NCBI GenBank assembly: GCA_900542335.1
Contig: UQNG01000002.1
Span: forward strand, 946 to 64,945
DNA from: an uncultured Collinsella sp.
Lineage (GTDB): Bacteria > Actinomycetota > Coriobacteriia > Coriobacteriales > Coriobacteriaceae
DNA length: 64,000 nt
Direction: 5' to 3'
Shown: positions 52,206 through 62,656 of the stretch, piece by piece
How the letters are laid out: every line of letters starts with the position of its first letter
Numbering within the stretch: the stretch's first letter is position 1
Program-made: the position numbers and the translations under genes
The notes under the pieces: generated by a model
What the model was told of the DNA's origin: nothing
The model's input: the letters and a program-made list of their open reading frames with translations, nothing else
Databases searched by the model: none

Positions 52206-53462
52206 CTAGGCGGACTTCTTCTTGCTGTCGGAGACCATCATGTAGACGGTGAGCACGACGGCGATGGCGGCGATCACAATGGCGCCGTAGAAAGACTGCT
52301 GGTAGGCGGCACTGCCGGCCTCGGCGTGATACAGCACGGCGGTGATGGGCTGGCTGATCCAGGTGGAAGCGGCGTAGCCCAAAAACATGATGCCGTAGTT
52401 GACGCCGATGTTGCTGGTGCCAAAGGCGCCACCGGTGAGCGGCGGGTAGATGACAAGCAGGGCGCCAAAGCTAAAGCCGAGCAGGGCGAGCGCCACGAAG
52501 AACATGCTCTGTGTAAAGCTCATCGACATGATGACGAGTGCGACGATGGTGACGACAAGGCTGATGAGCAGCGACTTGTAGGCGCCGAGCTTGTCGATGA
52601 TTTGGCCAAAGGACAGACGGCCGACCAAGTTGGCGCAGGTGTTGACGGAGACCACCACACCGCCGAGGGCGACGGCCGCGGCGCTCGTGGGATCGGCGAA
52701 GAGCTGGACGGCGGCGATGGAGGCAACCTTGCCCACGAGCAGTGTGCCCGCGGTGGCGGCAAAGGCGAAGGTGATGATAAGGACCCAGAAGCGCGGGGTC
52801 TTGACCATCTCGCCCGGGGTGAGGTCGCCGAAGGTGCCGGCATGTGCGCCGCCCTTAGGGGCCTCGAAGCCTTCGGGCAGCCAACCGGCCTCGGGGGCCT
52901 TCAGGAACAGGGCGGAGGCGGCGATCATCACAAAGAAGATGACGCCGAGCGCCTTAAGGGCGCCAAAGATGCCCAGGCTCGGGATGAGCAGCGAGGCGAG
53001 CACCGGGGACAGCACGGCGGGACCGGCGGTCGAAGCGGCCAGGGTGATGCCGGAGGCGAGACCCTTCTTGTCGATGAACCACTTTTGGCCGGTGGTGAGC
53101 GCCGGGTTATAGCCCAGACCGTTGCCGACGGCGGCGACGAGTGAGAACCACAGGTAGAACTGCCACGGCTCGGTGACGGTGCCGGACATGAACCAGCCCA
53201 GGCCGTAGCACACGGCGGCGGCGATCACGACGTTGCGCGGGCCGATCTTATCGGAGATGCGGCCGGCGAAGATGCCCGTCACGGCCATGATGGTCTGAAA
53301 GACCGGGAAAGCCCAGGTAAGGGCGCTGGACCACTCGGGGTAGACGGCGAGCAGGTTCTTGCTCACGACGGAATACAGCGCAATGGAGCTGATGAAGAAC
53401 ATGGTGACGCACGCGGCGGAAAGCACGACGGCGCGACCCTTATTGGAGTTGGTGGAAGCCAT
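52206..53462 (-). CDS. OFA/OxlT-like MFS transporter
   Basis: About 12 TM; GRISDKIGPR, KWFIDKKGLASG, FGTSNIGVNYG. Confidence 0.88.
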   Translation of the reverse strand: MASTNSNKGRAVVLSAACVTMFFISSIALYSVVSKNLLAVYPEWSSALTWAFPVFQTIMAVTGIFAGRISDKIGPRNVVIAAAVCYGLGWFMSGTVTEPWQFYLWFSLVAAVGNGLGYNPALTTGQKWFIDKKGLASGITLAASTAGPAVLSPVLASLLIPSLGIFGALKALGVIFFVMIAASALFLKAPEAGWLPEGFEAPKGGAHAGTFGDLTPGEMVKTPRFWVLIITFAFAATAGTLLVGKVASIAAVQLFADPTSAAAVALGGVVVSVNTCANLVGRLSFGQIIDKLGAYKSLLISLVVTIVALVIMSMSFTQSMFFVALALLGFSFGALLVIYPPLTGGAFGTSNIGVNYGIMFLGYAASTWISQPITAVLYHAEAGSAAYQQSFYGAIVIAAIAVVLTVYMMVSDSKKKSA

Positions 53463-53527
53463 TGGACTCTTTCTAATCGATACGGGGGAGGAGCGGGCGC
53501 ATCCGCGGGCCTCCCTGTTAGGTTGGT

Positions 53528-54409
53528 TTACTGGTCAGTCGGCTTGGCGACGCCGGACTCATCGGACCAAAGCTCGACACCTTTGTTCTTGAGGTAGTTG
53601 TCGGCATAGGCGCGACGGCCGCCGGGCTTGGCGGTGAGGTCGCCCATCATATTGGAGAAGCCGCCATCGACCTTGATGGCGTCGCCGGTGGTAAAGTCCG
53701 AGCGCTTGGACGCCAGGAACATGACGGCGTTGGCGATATCGCTGACCTCGCCGATGCGACGCGTGGCGATCAGGCGGCTGCGGCTCTTTTCGACCTCGGG
53801 GTCGGCGTAGAAGTTGGCCGACATGGGGGTCTTAACGAAGCAGGGCTCGACGCAGTTGGAGCGGACGCCGTAGGGGCCCCACTCGGCGGCGAGCATCTTG
53901 GACATCATGTTGACGCCCGCCTTGGTGGAGCTGTACACGCCCGAGAACGTCTCGGGGGAGTGGCTGGCAACGGTCGAGATGTGCACCAGGCGGCCCTGGC
54001 CGGCCTTGATCATCTCGCGACCAAAGCGCTGTGAGGTGATGAAGTAACCGGTGAGGTTGACGTTGAGCACCTGCTCCCAGTCGGAGAGCGGCAGGTCCTC
54101 CATAGCGGCAAAGCGCAGGATGCCGGCGGTGTTGACGAGGACGTCGACGCGGCCGAAGTCGGCGATGGTGGCGTCGACGGCGGCCTGAACCTCGGCCTCG
54201 TCGGTGGCGTTCATCTTGTAGCCCTCGGCGTGGATGCCAAACTCGGCGGCGAGGTCGGCGGCTGCGGCCTTGACCTTTTCCTCGTCCAGATCGAGCAGGA
54301 CGACGTTGGCGCCGTTGCGGGCGAACTCGCGGCAAATCTCGACGCCCATACCGCCGAGTGCGCCGGTCACGGCGCAGACATCGCCCTCGAGCTTAAGCCA
54401 ATTGCTCAT
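53528..54409 (-). CDS. SDR family NAD(P)-dependent oxidoreductase
   Basis: TGALGGMG, VNTAG, YSSTK, VDGG. Confidence 0.93.
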   Translation of the reverse strand: MSNWLKLEGDVCAVTGALGGMGVEICREFARNGANVVLLDLDEEKVKAAAADLAAEFGIHAEGYKMNATDEAEVQAAVDATIADFGRVDVLVNTAGILRFAAMEDLPLSDWEQVLNVNLTGYFITSQRFGREMIKAGQGRLVHISTVASHSPETFSGVYSSTKAGVNMMSKMLAAEWGPYGVRSNCVEPCFVKTPMSANFYADPEVEKSRSRLIATRRIGEVSDIANAVMFLASKRSDFTTGDAIKVDGGFSNMMGDLTAKPGGRRAYADNYLKNKGVELWSDESGVAKPTDQ

Positions 54410-54642
54410 AGGAACTTCCCTTCTTGTGCCTCCCGGTGGGTCGTTCCCATTAATCGACCCACGTGGTTTTCGCTGGTTATCGTATGCTTTGCATTTGCGC
54501 AGGTGAATTGCATATTTGTTAGAATGGCGTTAACCGTAGGTTTACACTGTGCATTGAGGTTTGTTCTCAATTGAGCGCGTGACCTGCGAAAGCAACCCCC
54601 TGTGGCATCATGTGGCCACAGGCGCGAAAACGGGAGATTGAC

Positions 54643-55521
54643 GTGTACGATCGACGACTTGAGGCCATATCGGCCGCCGCGGAGCTGGGAAGCTTCTCGC
54701 GTGCGGCGGCAAAATTGCGCGTGTCGACTCCGGCGCTCGTCAAGCAGGTGTCGGGTTTCGAGGCCGAGTTCGGCATCACGCTGTTCGAACGATCGCACTC
54801 GGGCGTCAAGGTGACGCCGGCAGGCGCTCTGCTGGTGGACGACGCGCGCTCGATCATGCGGCAGTCCGAGGACGCGCTGCGCCGTGCCCGACGTGCGGCG
54901 GGAGATGGCGGTGCCGTGCGCCTGGGCGTGTCGATGATGTGCCCGGGGCGCCAAACGCTGTCGATGTGGTCGGGCATCCACGATCTGGAACCGTCGCTGC
55001 GATTTGAGATCGTGCCGGTAAGCGACCTCTATGACGAGCGCGAATCCGTCATGCGCAGCTTGGGCCGCGAGGTCGATGTGGTGCAGTCGAGTTTTTCGAC
55101 CCCACGCTGGGGCGACGCCTGCCAAAAGCTCCGCATCGTCAACGTGTCGTTTTATATCGACCTGCCGCGCACGAGCTCGCTGGCGCGCAAGACACGCATT
55201 ACGGTCACCGACTTGGAGGGTATGCGTCTGCGCGTACTCCGTCACGGCAACGATGCCATGGACAGCCTGCGCATCGACCTGTTGGCCGACGGTGGCGTGG
55301 ACGTGATCGACGTGGATAGCTTCGACTTTGCGCTCTTTAACGAGGCGGAGGAAAAGGGCGACGCGGTGCTCACCTGCGGAGCGTGGTCGGGGGTGCATCC
55401 GGCTTTTGTGGGCGTGCCGTTCCTGTGCGGCCGCGAGGTGCCGGTCTTTCTGCACTACCCGCTCGAGCCAACCCTTCAAGTCCAAAAATTCGTCAACGCC
55501 ATGGCACAGCTTCTCAAATAG
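54643..55521 (+). CDS. LysR family transcriptional regulator
   Basis: GSFSRAAAKLRVSTPALVKQV..LFERSHSGVKVTPAG; divergent from the SDR operon. Confidence 0.92.
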   Translation: MYDRRLEAISAAAELGSFSRAAAKLRVSTPALVKQVSGFEAEFGITLFERSHSGVKVTPAGALLVDDARSIMRQSEDALRRARRAAGDGGAVRLGVSMMCPGRQTLSMWSGIHDLEPSLRFEIVPVSDLYDERESVMRSLGREVDVVQSSFSTPRWGDACQKLRIVNVSFYIDLPRTSSLARKTRITVTDLEGMRLRVLRHGNDAMDSLRIDLLADGGVDVIDVDSFDFALFNEAEEKGDAVLTCGAWSGVHPAFVGVPFLCGREVPVFLHYPLEPTLQVQKFVNAMAQLLK

Positions 55522-55641
55522 CTATCGTGTCGATGATTCTTTAATCCCCGTCCTAGAAAAATCATCTGGTAGAGTTGACCCCACGTGATTTACGAGACGC
55601 TATGTGCCACCTACTCTTTTGCCATTTGGGGGAGTGAACTT

Positions 55642-56733
55642 GTGAATACTTCTGTCGCCAAGAAGGCCAGCCAGGCGGTGCGCCTGCTCATGATGGTGCT
55701 CACGGCAGTTCTCATCTTCTTCTTCATCAATGTTATGCTGCTCGTCTCCGATATCCAGGGCACGGCGCGCGTGGTCAACTACGCCGGTCTGGTGCGCGGT
55801 ACCACGCAGCGCATCGTTAAGCTCGAGGGCGCGGGCCAGCCTCAAGATGACCTGCTCAAAGCCGTGGATTCATACATCAACGGTTTGCGTTACGGAAGTG
55901 ACGACCTCAACCTCGTCCGTCTCGACGACGATGAGTATCAGGCAAAGATGACCGAGCTTGCAAATTATTTTGATGAGCTTTGCGCCGAGATCATCCGCGT
56001 GCGCGAAGTCGGCTACGAGAACACCGACATCATTTCCATGAGCGAGGAGTTCTTTGGCATTTGCGACGATGCTACGCGACTCGCAGAGGACTACTCTCAG
56101 GAGAAGGCGTCGGCGCTCAACTATCTCGAGGGCTTGGTGATCATCGACATCGTGGGCTTGGTGGCGACCTTTGCGGTCGAACTTGTTCGCGCGGTGCGAA
56201 CTGCCGCGCTCAATCGCGAACTGCAGAGCAAAGTCTATCTCGACGAAGCCACGGGACTGCCCAACAAGAACAAGTGCGAGGAGATCTTGGGGCAGGAGCA
56301 GCCCGTCTCCGCGGAGGCGCCTGTTGCGGTGTGCGTCTTCGACCTTAACAATCTGCATACGGTCAATAACAGCTTTGGTCACGAGAAGGGCGACGAATAC
56401 ATCCGCTCTTTTGCCCGGCAGCTGGGGCGTGTGGCGTCCGAGACCTGCTTTGTGGGTCGCGACGGCGGCGATGAGTTTATCGCGGTGCTGTGGGATGCCG
56501 ATCGGGCTGCCGTGGAGTCCTGTCTCGCTCGGGTTCGTGCGAACGTGAACGAGTATTCCGGGGCCCACCCCGACATGCCTATCAGCTATGCGGTGGGCTA
56601 CGCGCTTTCCAGTGATTTTGATGAACCGCCTACGATGCGCGAGCTCTTTTCCCAGGCCGACAAAAACATGTACATCGACAAGAACCGCGTAAAGACAGCC
56701 GAGGCAGCCGGGTCGCAACGTGAGGAACGGTAA
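55642..56733 (+). CDS. membrane-bound GGDEF domain protein (putative diguanylate cyclase)
   Basis: Two TMs around a NarX/PilJ-like helical sensor (VNYAGLVR); DEATGLPN, GHEKGD, GRDGGDEF. Confidence 0.9.
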   Translation: MNTSVAKKASQAVRLLMMVLTAVLIFFFINVMLLVSDIQGTARVVNYAGLVRGTTQRIVKLEGAGQPQDDLLKAVDSYINGLRYGSDDLNLVRLDDDEYQAKMTELANYFDELCAEIIRVREVGYENTDIISMSEEFFGICDDATRLAEDYSQEKASALNYLEGLVIIDIVGLVATFAVELVRAVRTAALNRELQSKVYLDEATGLPNKNKCEEILGQEQPVSAEAPVAVCVFDLNNLHTVNNSFGHEKGDEYIRSFARQLGRVASETCFVGRDGGDEFIAVLWDADRAAVESCLARVRANVNEYSGAHPDMPISYAVGYALSSDFDEPPTMRELFSQADKNMYIDKNRVKTAEAAGSQREER

Positions 56734-56753
56734 GCTTGTAACAGAGGGTATAG

Positions 56754-56790
56754 AAAAGCCTCCGCAGCTCGTGTGGCTGCGGAGGCTTTA
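56754..56790. terminator. bidirectional terminator
   Basis: AAAGCCTCCGCAGC/GCTGCGGAGGCTTT between convergent genes. Confidence 0.75.
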
Positions 56791-56913
56791 TTCGTTGCAG
56801 TGCATTGTGTTTGGGTCGTTGAGATGAGTCGATTTGCCCCGAAAGAGGAGGGCATTGACCTTAGGGCCATGCCCGACGAATGAGCGGCAAATCGGCCATC
56901 TCGGCGAGCCGAA

Positions 56914-58833
56914 CTACTCCAGCTCAAACGCTCCGGTATAGAGCTGGTAGTAATACCCGCGCTTGGCGATCAGCTCATCGTGGTTGCCGCGCTCAATGAT
57001 GCGGCCGTGGTCCAGGCAGATGATCGCGTCGGAGTTGCGCACGGTGGACAGGCGGTGCGCGATGACAAACGTCGTACGGCCCTCCATGAGCTTATCCATG
57101 CCCGCCTGCACGATGGCCTCGGTGCGGGTATCAATGCTCGACGTGGCCTCGTCCAGAATCATTGCCGGCGGATCGGCGACGGCGGCGCGTGCGATCGAGA
57201 TCAGCTGGCGCTGACCCTGCGACAGCTGCGCGCCGTTGCCGGTGAGCATGGTGTCGTAGCCGTCGGGCAGGCGGGTGATAAAGTCGTCCGCACCGGCGAG
57301 CTTGGCCGCCGCGATGCACTCCTCGTCGGTGGCGTCCAGGTTGCCGTAGCGGATGTTATCCATCACGGTGCCGGTGAACAGGTTCACGTCCTGCAGCACG
57401 ACGCCCAGCGAGCGGCGCAGATCGGCCTTGCGGATCTTGTTGACGTTGATGCCGTCGTAGCGGATCTTGCCGTCGGCGATGTCATAGAAGCGGTTGATGA
57501 GGTTGGTGATGGTCGTCTTACCGGCACCGGTGGCGCCGACAAACGCGACCTTCTGACCCGGCTTGGCAAACACGGACACGCCGTGCAGCACCTCGTGGTC
57601 GGGCGTGTAGCCAAAGTCGACGTTGTCCATGACTAGGTCGCCGCGCAGCGGTACGTACTCGATCTCGCCGGTTGCGCGGTGCGGATGTTTCCATGCCCAC
57701 ATGCCGGTGTGGTGGTCGGCCTCCTCGAACTCCCAGGTCTCGGGGTTTACCTGCGCGTTGACGAGCGTCACGTAGCCTTCGTCAGCCTCGGGCTCCTCGT
57801 CGATGAGCTCAAAGATACGGTCGGCGCCAGCGAGGCCCATGACCACGGCGTTGATCTGCTGCGAGATCTGGCCGATCTGTCCGCAGAACTGCTTGGTCAT
57901 GTTAAGGAACGGCACTACGACGGCGATGGACAGCGCCATGCCCGAGATGCTCAGGTTGGGCACGCCCAGCGCCAGGAAAATGCCGCCGGCCAGTGCGACC
58001 AGCACGTAGAGCAGGTTGCCCAGGTTCATAAGGATGGGCATGAGGATGTTGGCGTACATGTTGGCCTTCTGCGAGACCTCGAAGAGCTTTTCGTTGCGCT
58101 CGTCAAAATCGGCCTCGGCGGCAGACTCGTGGCAGAATGCCTTGACGACCTTCTGGCCGTTCATGACTTCCTCGATATGGCCCTCGACCACGCCGAGCTC
58201 GGTCTGCTGCGCAATGAAGAAGCGCGCGGAGTTGGAGCCGAGCAGCTTGGTCATAAAGGTCATAAAGGCGACGCCGGCCACAATGACCAGGCACATCCAC
58301 ACGCTGTAGTACAGCATGATAAAGAACACCGTGACGATGACGATGGTCGTCATGAGCAGGTTGGGCAGCGACTGGCTGATCATCTGGCGCAGCGTGTCGA
58401 TGTCGTTGGTGTAGTGGCTCATGATGTCGCCGCGCTGGTGCGTGTCGAAGTAGCGAATCGGCAGGTCCTGCATACGGTTGAACATCTTCTCGCGTAGCTT
58501 CTCCAGCGAGCCCTGCGTGACGATGGCCATGGCGCGGTTCCAGAACAGCGAGGACAGGATGCCGACGCCGTAGATGCAGGCGAGGGTGGTCACGAGCTGT
58601 GCGATCTTGGGCTGTGCGGCTTCCCAATCGCCCGACTGCCACGATTCGCTAATAATCTGCAGAGCGCTCTGAAGGAAGGTCGCGCCGATGGAGTTGATGA
58701 TGGCGCAGAGTACCACGCCGACGACGACGAGGGGCAAAAGCACGGGGTAGAAGCCAAAGAGCGTCTTGATGAGGCGCGACATGGTGCCACCCTTGCGGTT
58801 GAGCGCGCGCTCAGCGGTCGTTGCCTTACTCAT
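56914..58833 (-). CDS. heterodimeric ABC exporter subunit (consensus Walker B)
   Basis: GATGAGKT, LSQGQRQL, ILDEATSSID, IAHRLST. Confidence 0.95.
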   Translation of the reverse strand: MSKATTAERALNRKGGTMSRLIKTLFGFYPVLLPLVVVGVVLCAIINSIGATFLQSALQIISESWQSGDWEAAQPKIAQLVTTLACIYGVGILSSLFWNRAMAIVTQGSLEKLREKMFNRMQDLPIRYFDTHQRGDIMSHYTNDIDTLRQMISQSLPNLLMTTIVIVTVFFIMLYYSVWMCLVIVAGVAFMTFMTKLLGSNSARFFIAQQTELGVVEGHIEEVMNGQKVVKAFCHESAAEADFDERNEKLFEVSQKANMYANILMPILMNLGNLLYVLVALAGGIFLALGVPNLSISGMALSIAVVVPFLNMTKQFCGQIGQISQQINAVVMGLAGADRIFELIDEEPEADEGYVTLVNAQVNPETWEFEEADHHTGMWAWKHPHRATGEIEYVPLRGDLVMDNVDFGYTPDHEVLHGVSVFAKPGQKVAFVGATGAGKTTITNLINRFYDIADGKIRYDGINVNKIRKADLRRSLGVVLQDVNLFTGTVMDNIRYGNLDATDEECIAAAKLAGADDFITRLPDGYDTMLTGNGAQLSQGQRQLISIARAAVADPPAMILDEATSSIDTRTEAIVQAGMDKLMEGRTTFVIAHRLSTVRNSDAIICLDHGRIIERGNHDELIAKRGYYYQLYTGAFELE

Positions 58834-60640
58834 GTGCCTCGCCTCCTTCCTGGGTCTGAGCTTGCGTTACGGATGCCTCGGTGTCGGCCTCGACGGCCCC
58901 TTCGCCCTCGGCAGACATCTTGTTTTGCGAGGTAAAAGTCTCGCGGTAGATCTCGCTCGTCTTAAGCAGCTCGTCGTGGTTACCGATCTGCGCGATGCGG
59001 CCGCCCTCCATGACGATGATGCGGTCTGCGTCCTGCACGGAGCTGATGCGCTGGGCGATGATGAGCTTGGTCGTGTTGGGCAGATAGCTTGCCAACCCTG
59101 CGCGAATCTTGGCGTCGGTCTTGGTGTCGACGGCGCTGGTGGAGTCGTCCAGGATCAAGATCTTGGGGCGACGCAGCAGGGCGCGCGCAATGCACAGGCG
59201 CTGCTTCTGACCGCCGGAAACATTGGAGCCGCCCTGTTCGATCCAGGTGTCATAGCCCTTGGGGAAGCCATCGACAAACTCATCGGCGCAGGCCAGATGT
59301 GCCGCCTCGCGGACTTCCTCGTCGGTGGCGTTCGGGTCGCCCCAGCGCAGGTTTTCGGCAATGGTGCCGCTAAACAGTACGTTTTTCTGCAGCACCATGG
59401 CCACCTGGTGGCGCAGGGCGTCCAAGTCGTAGTCGCGCACGTCCATGCCGCCCACGCGCACGGTGCCCTCGGTGGCGTCGTACAGGCGGGCGATGAGGTT
59501 AACGAGCGTGGACTTGGCCGAGCCGGTACCGCCGATGATGCCGATGGTTTCGCCGCTCTTAATGTGCAGGTCGATATCGTCGAGCGCCTGGCGCTTTGCA
59601 TGCGCGGAATACTTAAAGCTCACGTGGTCAAAGTCGATGGAACCGTCGGCAACCTCGAGCACGGGCTCGGCGGGATCGGCGATCGTGGGCTCGGCGGCCA
59701 GCACCTCGGTAATGCGGTGCGCCGATTCGTCGGCCATGGTCACCATGACAAAGATCATCGACAGCTGCATCAGGCTCATGAGGATCGCGAAGCCATAGGT
59801 AAAGATCGAGGAGAGCTGGCCCACGTCGAACAGCGTGCCCTGGCTCGTGATGATGAGCTTGGAGCCCAGGTAGATGATGACGACAAACGCGCCGTTGACG
59901 CAGATGTTCATCATGGGGTTGTTAAAGGCGAGCAGCTTCTCGGCGCGGGTGAAGTCCATCTGGACGTCGCGTGCGGCGGTCGCGAACTTCTCCTTCTCAA
60001 AGTCTTCGCGCACGTAGCTCTTGACCACGCGCATGCCGGTGACGTTTTCCTCGACGGACTCGTTAAGGGCATCGTATTTGTGGAACACGCGCGAGAAGAT
60101 GGGGCGCACCTTAAAGATGATAAAGAACAGTCCAAAGCCCAGCAGCGGAATGATGACCAGGTAGACCATGGCAACGCTGCCGCCCATGATAAACGCCATG
60201 GTAAAGGCGAAGATCAATACCAGCGGCGCGCGCACGGCGATACGGATGATCATCATAAAGGCCTGCTGCACGTTGTTGATATCGGTGGTCAGGCGCGTGA
60301 CGAGCGAGGAACTCGAGAACTCATCGATGTTGGCAAAGCTGAACGTCTGGATTTTGTAGAACAGGTCGTGACGCAGGTTCTTGGCGAACCCGCAACTCGC
60401 ATGGCTGCAGGTGATGCCGGCAGCGGCGCCAAAAGCAAGCGACGTTAGCGCGATGAGCACCAAAAAGCCTGCGGTGGGAAGCATCTCGGCTACGGTGGCG
60501 CCGTCTTTGATGGCGTCGATCAGGTTGGCGGTGATAAATGGAATCAGCATCTCGCAGAGCACCTCGCCAAGCACGAGCAACGGCGTGGCAACGGTGACTT
60601 TCATATAGTCGCGGATGCTGCCCATGAGGGTTTTAATCAT
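58826..60640 (-). CDS. heterodimeric ABC exporter subunit (degenerate Walker B)
   Basis: GGTGSAKS, VSGGQKQR, ILDDSTSAVD, IAQR. Confidence 0.95.
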   Translation of the reverse strand: MIKTLMGSIRDYMKVTVATPLLVLGEVLCEMLIPFITANLIDAIKDGATVAEMLPTAGFLVLIALTSLAFGAAAGITCSHASCGFAKNLRHDLFYKIQTFSFANIDEFSSSSLVTRLTTDINNVQQAFMMIIRIAVRAPLVLIFAFTMAFIMGGSVAMVYLVIIPLLGFGLFFIIFKVRPIFSRVFHKYDALNESVEENVTGMRVVKSYVREDFEKEKFATAARDVQMDFTRAEKLLAFNNPMMNICVNGAFVVIIYLGSKLIITSQGTLFDVGQLSSIFTYGFAILMSLMQLSMIFVMVTMADESAHRITEVLAAEPTIADPAEPVLEVADGSIDFDHVSFKYSAHAKRQALDDIDLHIKSGETIGIIGGTGSAKSTLVNLIARLYDATEGTVRVGGMDVRDYDLDALRHQVAMVLQKNVLFSGTIAENLRWGDPNATDEEVREAAHLACADEFVDGFPKGYDTWIEQGGSNVSGGQKQRLCIARALLRRPKILILDDSTSAVDTKTDAKIRAGLASYLPNTTKLIIAQRISSVQDADRIIVMEGGRIAQIGNHDELLKTSEIYRETFTSQNKMSAEGEGAVEADTEASVTQAQTQEGGEAHE

Positions 60641-61139
60641 CCAGTTCCTCCCAGGTTACGCGGATTTTATCGAGCATTTCGGCGAGGTCCTCGCGCTCGT
60701 CGTGGGTGAGCGCGCTAAAGGCCTGCTCTCTAAAGCGAATGCGGGCTGCCTGGTCGATGCGGGCGTTTTCCCGGCCGGTTTCGGTCAGGCGAATGGTGAG
60801 CTGCCGTCGATCCTTGGGGTTACGGCTGCGCTCGATGAGGCCGTTGAGCTCGAGCTTGGACAGGATCTCGGAAAGCGACCCCGGCTTGAGGTCAAAGTGC
60901 ATGCCGAGTTCCTGCTGCGACATCTCGCCGCCGGGTTGCTTGGCCAGCAGGCAGATGATGGGCGCCTTGCCGGACACGCCTCCGCCATGAAAATGCATGT
61001 AATGGCCGCAAAAACCCAGGCCGCTCAGGATGCGCTTGGCAAGCTTGTCTTCCGAGCTAACCGCTTCGGGTACATCCGCCGGCTGTGACGGGTCGCCGCC
61101 GGGCTCGTGCGAACAAAGGTTAAGAGGTTCATCGCACAT
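60633..61139 (-). CDS. MarR family transcriptional regulator
   Basis: MSQQEL..PGSLSEILSKLE..DRRQLTIRLTETG; RBS AAGGAG. Confidence 0.92.
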   Translation of the reverse strand: MCDEPLNLCSHEPGGDPSQPADVPEAVSSEDKLAKRILSGLGFCGHYMHFHGGGVSGKAPIICLLAKQPGGEMSQQELGMHFDLKPGSLSEILSKLELNGLIERSRNPKDRRQLTIRLTETGRENARIDQAARIRFREQAFSALTHDEREDLAEMLDKIRVTWEELDD

Positions 61140-61194
61140 GAATTAGTGTTGCTCCTTTCTTTAGTTAGGTAGTGGAATTGTTTTGTGCCTAACC

Positions 61195-61223
61195 AATTTA
61201 GGAGCGTGAGAAATCAATGTCAA
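61195..61223 (-). promoter_or_regulatory. sigma-70-type promoter of the marR-ABC operon
   Basis: TTGACA-N17-TAAATT on the minus strand. Confidence 0.65.
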
Positions 61224-61495
61224 GGTACCAAACTTATTAAGTTACGGCGTTTTGCCAAACGCCGTAACCGCTCGACGCTGCAAACGCTCCTAAGCGGCAA
61301 TCTGGCGTTCAATCGTCGGGCATAGCCACAAGGCCTATGCCCTCATCTTTCACGTCACCTTGCTCGCTTAGGAACGCTTTCGCTGTCCGTCCTCAATCTG
61401 CAGCGCTGCCTCGGTTGGCATTTGAGTGATTCGTGGGGGACGGAGGATAACGGATCATTTTGGGCTGCGGTGACACCCTTCCGAAGTTGCTTTGC

Positions 61496-61651
61496 CCAAA
61501 ACTATGCCGGATTACTACGATGAATTCGAAATCTCAGACCTCGGCATTGTTTTTCGGAAAATCACAAGCTGTCTACCTGCGGTTTTGTTGGAGTGCAATT
61601 CGTTGTGGTTGGAGACTGGCGGTTTATCGTAGTAATCCGGCATAGTTTTGG
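61496..61651 (+). repeat. MITE-like element, ACTACG/CGTAGT-arm family (copy 3)
   Basis: Perfect 26-bp arms CCAAAACTATGCCGGATTACTACGAT / ATCGTAGTAATCCGGCATAGTTTTGG; core TTTTCGGAAAATCACAAGCTGTCTACCTGCGGTTTT. Confidence 0.78.
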
Positions 61652-61831
61652 AATGGTAGTAAATAGGTGGCAGCTACTGTGCCGCTACCGTCGTGATGTG
61701 CCTCCCATTTCCGAAACCTTTCCGCAACAATGCGCTCTTCGCGACCCTAGTGACTGCTCACGACGCCTCCTGCGCTACACTTAGTCGCACTGTGGCGCTG
61801 CCGCGCCGCGCCCGAACCAAGGGGGACACTC

Positions 61832-62656
61832 ATGAAGAACACTCAGCTGCTGCTGATTAACGATATGTGCGGCTACGGCAAGGTTGCGCTTTCCGCCATG
61901 CTGCCGGTGCTGTCGCACATGGGCTATCGCATCCACAACCTGCCGACGGCTCTCGTTTCCGATACGCTCAACTACCCCAAGTTCTACATCCACGACACCA
62001 CGGAGTATGTCCGCCAAAGCCTCGCTATCTGGGAGGAGCTCGGCTTTGAGTTCGACGCCATCTCGACCGGCTTTATCGTGACCGAGGAAGAGACGCGCAT
62101 CATCTCGGACTTTTGCCACCGCCGTGCGCAAAAGGGCACCAAGGTGTTCGTCGATCCCATCATGGGTGACAACGGCAAGCTCTATGCGGGCGTGCCCGAG
62201 TCCACGATTGGCCTCATGAGGCACCTGCTCGAGTGCGCCGACTACGCGGTTCCCAACTACACCGAGGCGTGTCTGCTCACCGATACGCCTATCGCCGAGC
62301 AAATTACGCCCGATGAGGCCCGCGCCCTTGTGGACGCCGTGCGCGAGCTGGGTGCCAAGTCGGTGGTCATTACGAGCGCCGTAGTCAATGGCACGAACGC
62401 GGTTATCGGTTACGACCATGTGGCGGGGGAGTACTTTACGATTCCCTTTGAACTCATTCCGGTCTATTTCCCGGGCACGGGCGACACGTTCTCGGCGGTG
62501 CTCGTCGGCCGCGTTATGGCAGGTTGGAGTCTGCAGCGCGCGACGTCCGATGCCATGCGTGTGGTGGCTGAGCTTATCGAGCGCAATGCCGACCAAGAGG
62601 ACAAGTCGGCCGGCCTTCCCATCGAGGCCTGCCTGGATGTGATTGACCATGAGTAA
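61832..62656 (+). CDS. pdxK: pyridoxal/pyridoxamine kinase (PfkB family)
   Basis: NDMCGYGKVAL, LPTALVS, VDPIMGDNG, PNYTEA, PGTGDTF. Confidence 0.85.
   Translation: MKNTQLLLINDMCGYGKVALSAMLPVLSHMGYRIHNLPTALVSDTLNYPKFYIHDTTEYVRQSLAIWEELGFEFDAISTGFIVTEEETRIISDFCHRRAQKGTKVFVDPIMGDNGKLYAGVPESTIGLMRHLLECADYAVPNYTEACLLTDTPIAEQITPDEARALVDAVRELGAKSVVITSAVVNGTNAVIGYDHVAGEYFTIPFELIPVYFPGTGDTFSAVLVGRVMAGWSLQRATSDAMRVVAELIERNADQEDKSAGLPIEACLDVIDHE

Noticed and set aside
53528..54409. Specific call as a bile-acid hydroxysteroid dehydrogenase or sorbitol-6-phosphate dehydrogenase
   Set aside because: Only generic SDR motifs are visible; the substrate cannot be assigned by eye
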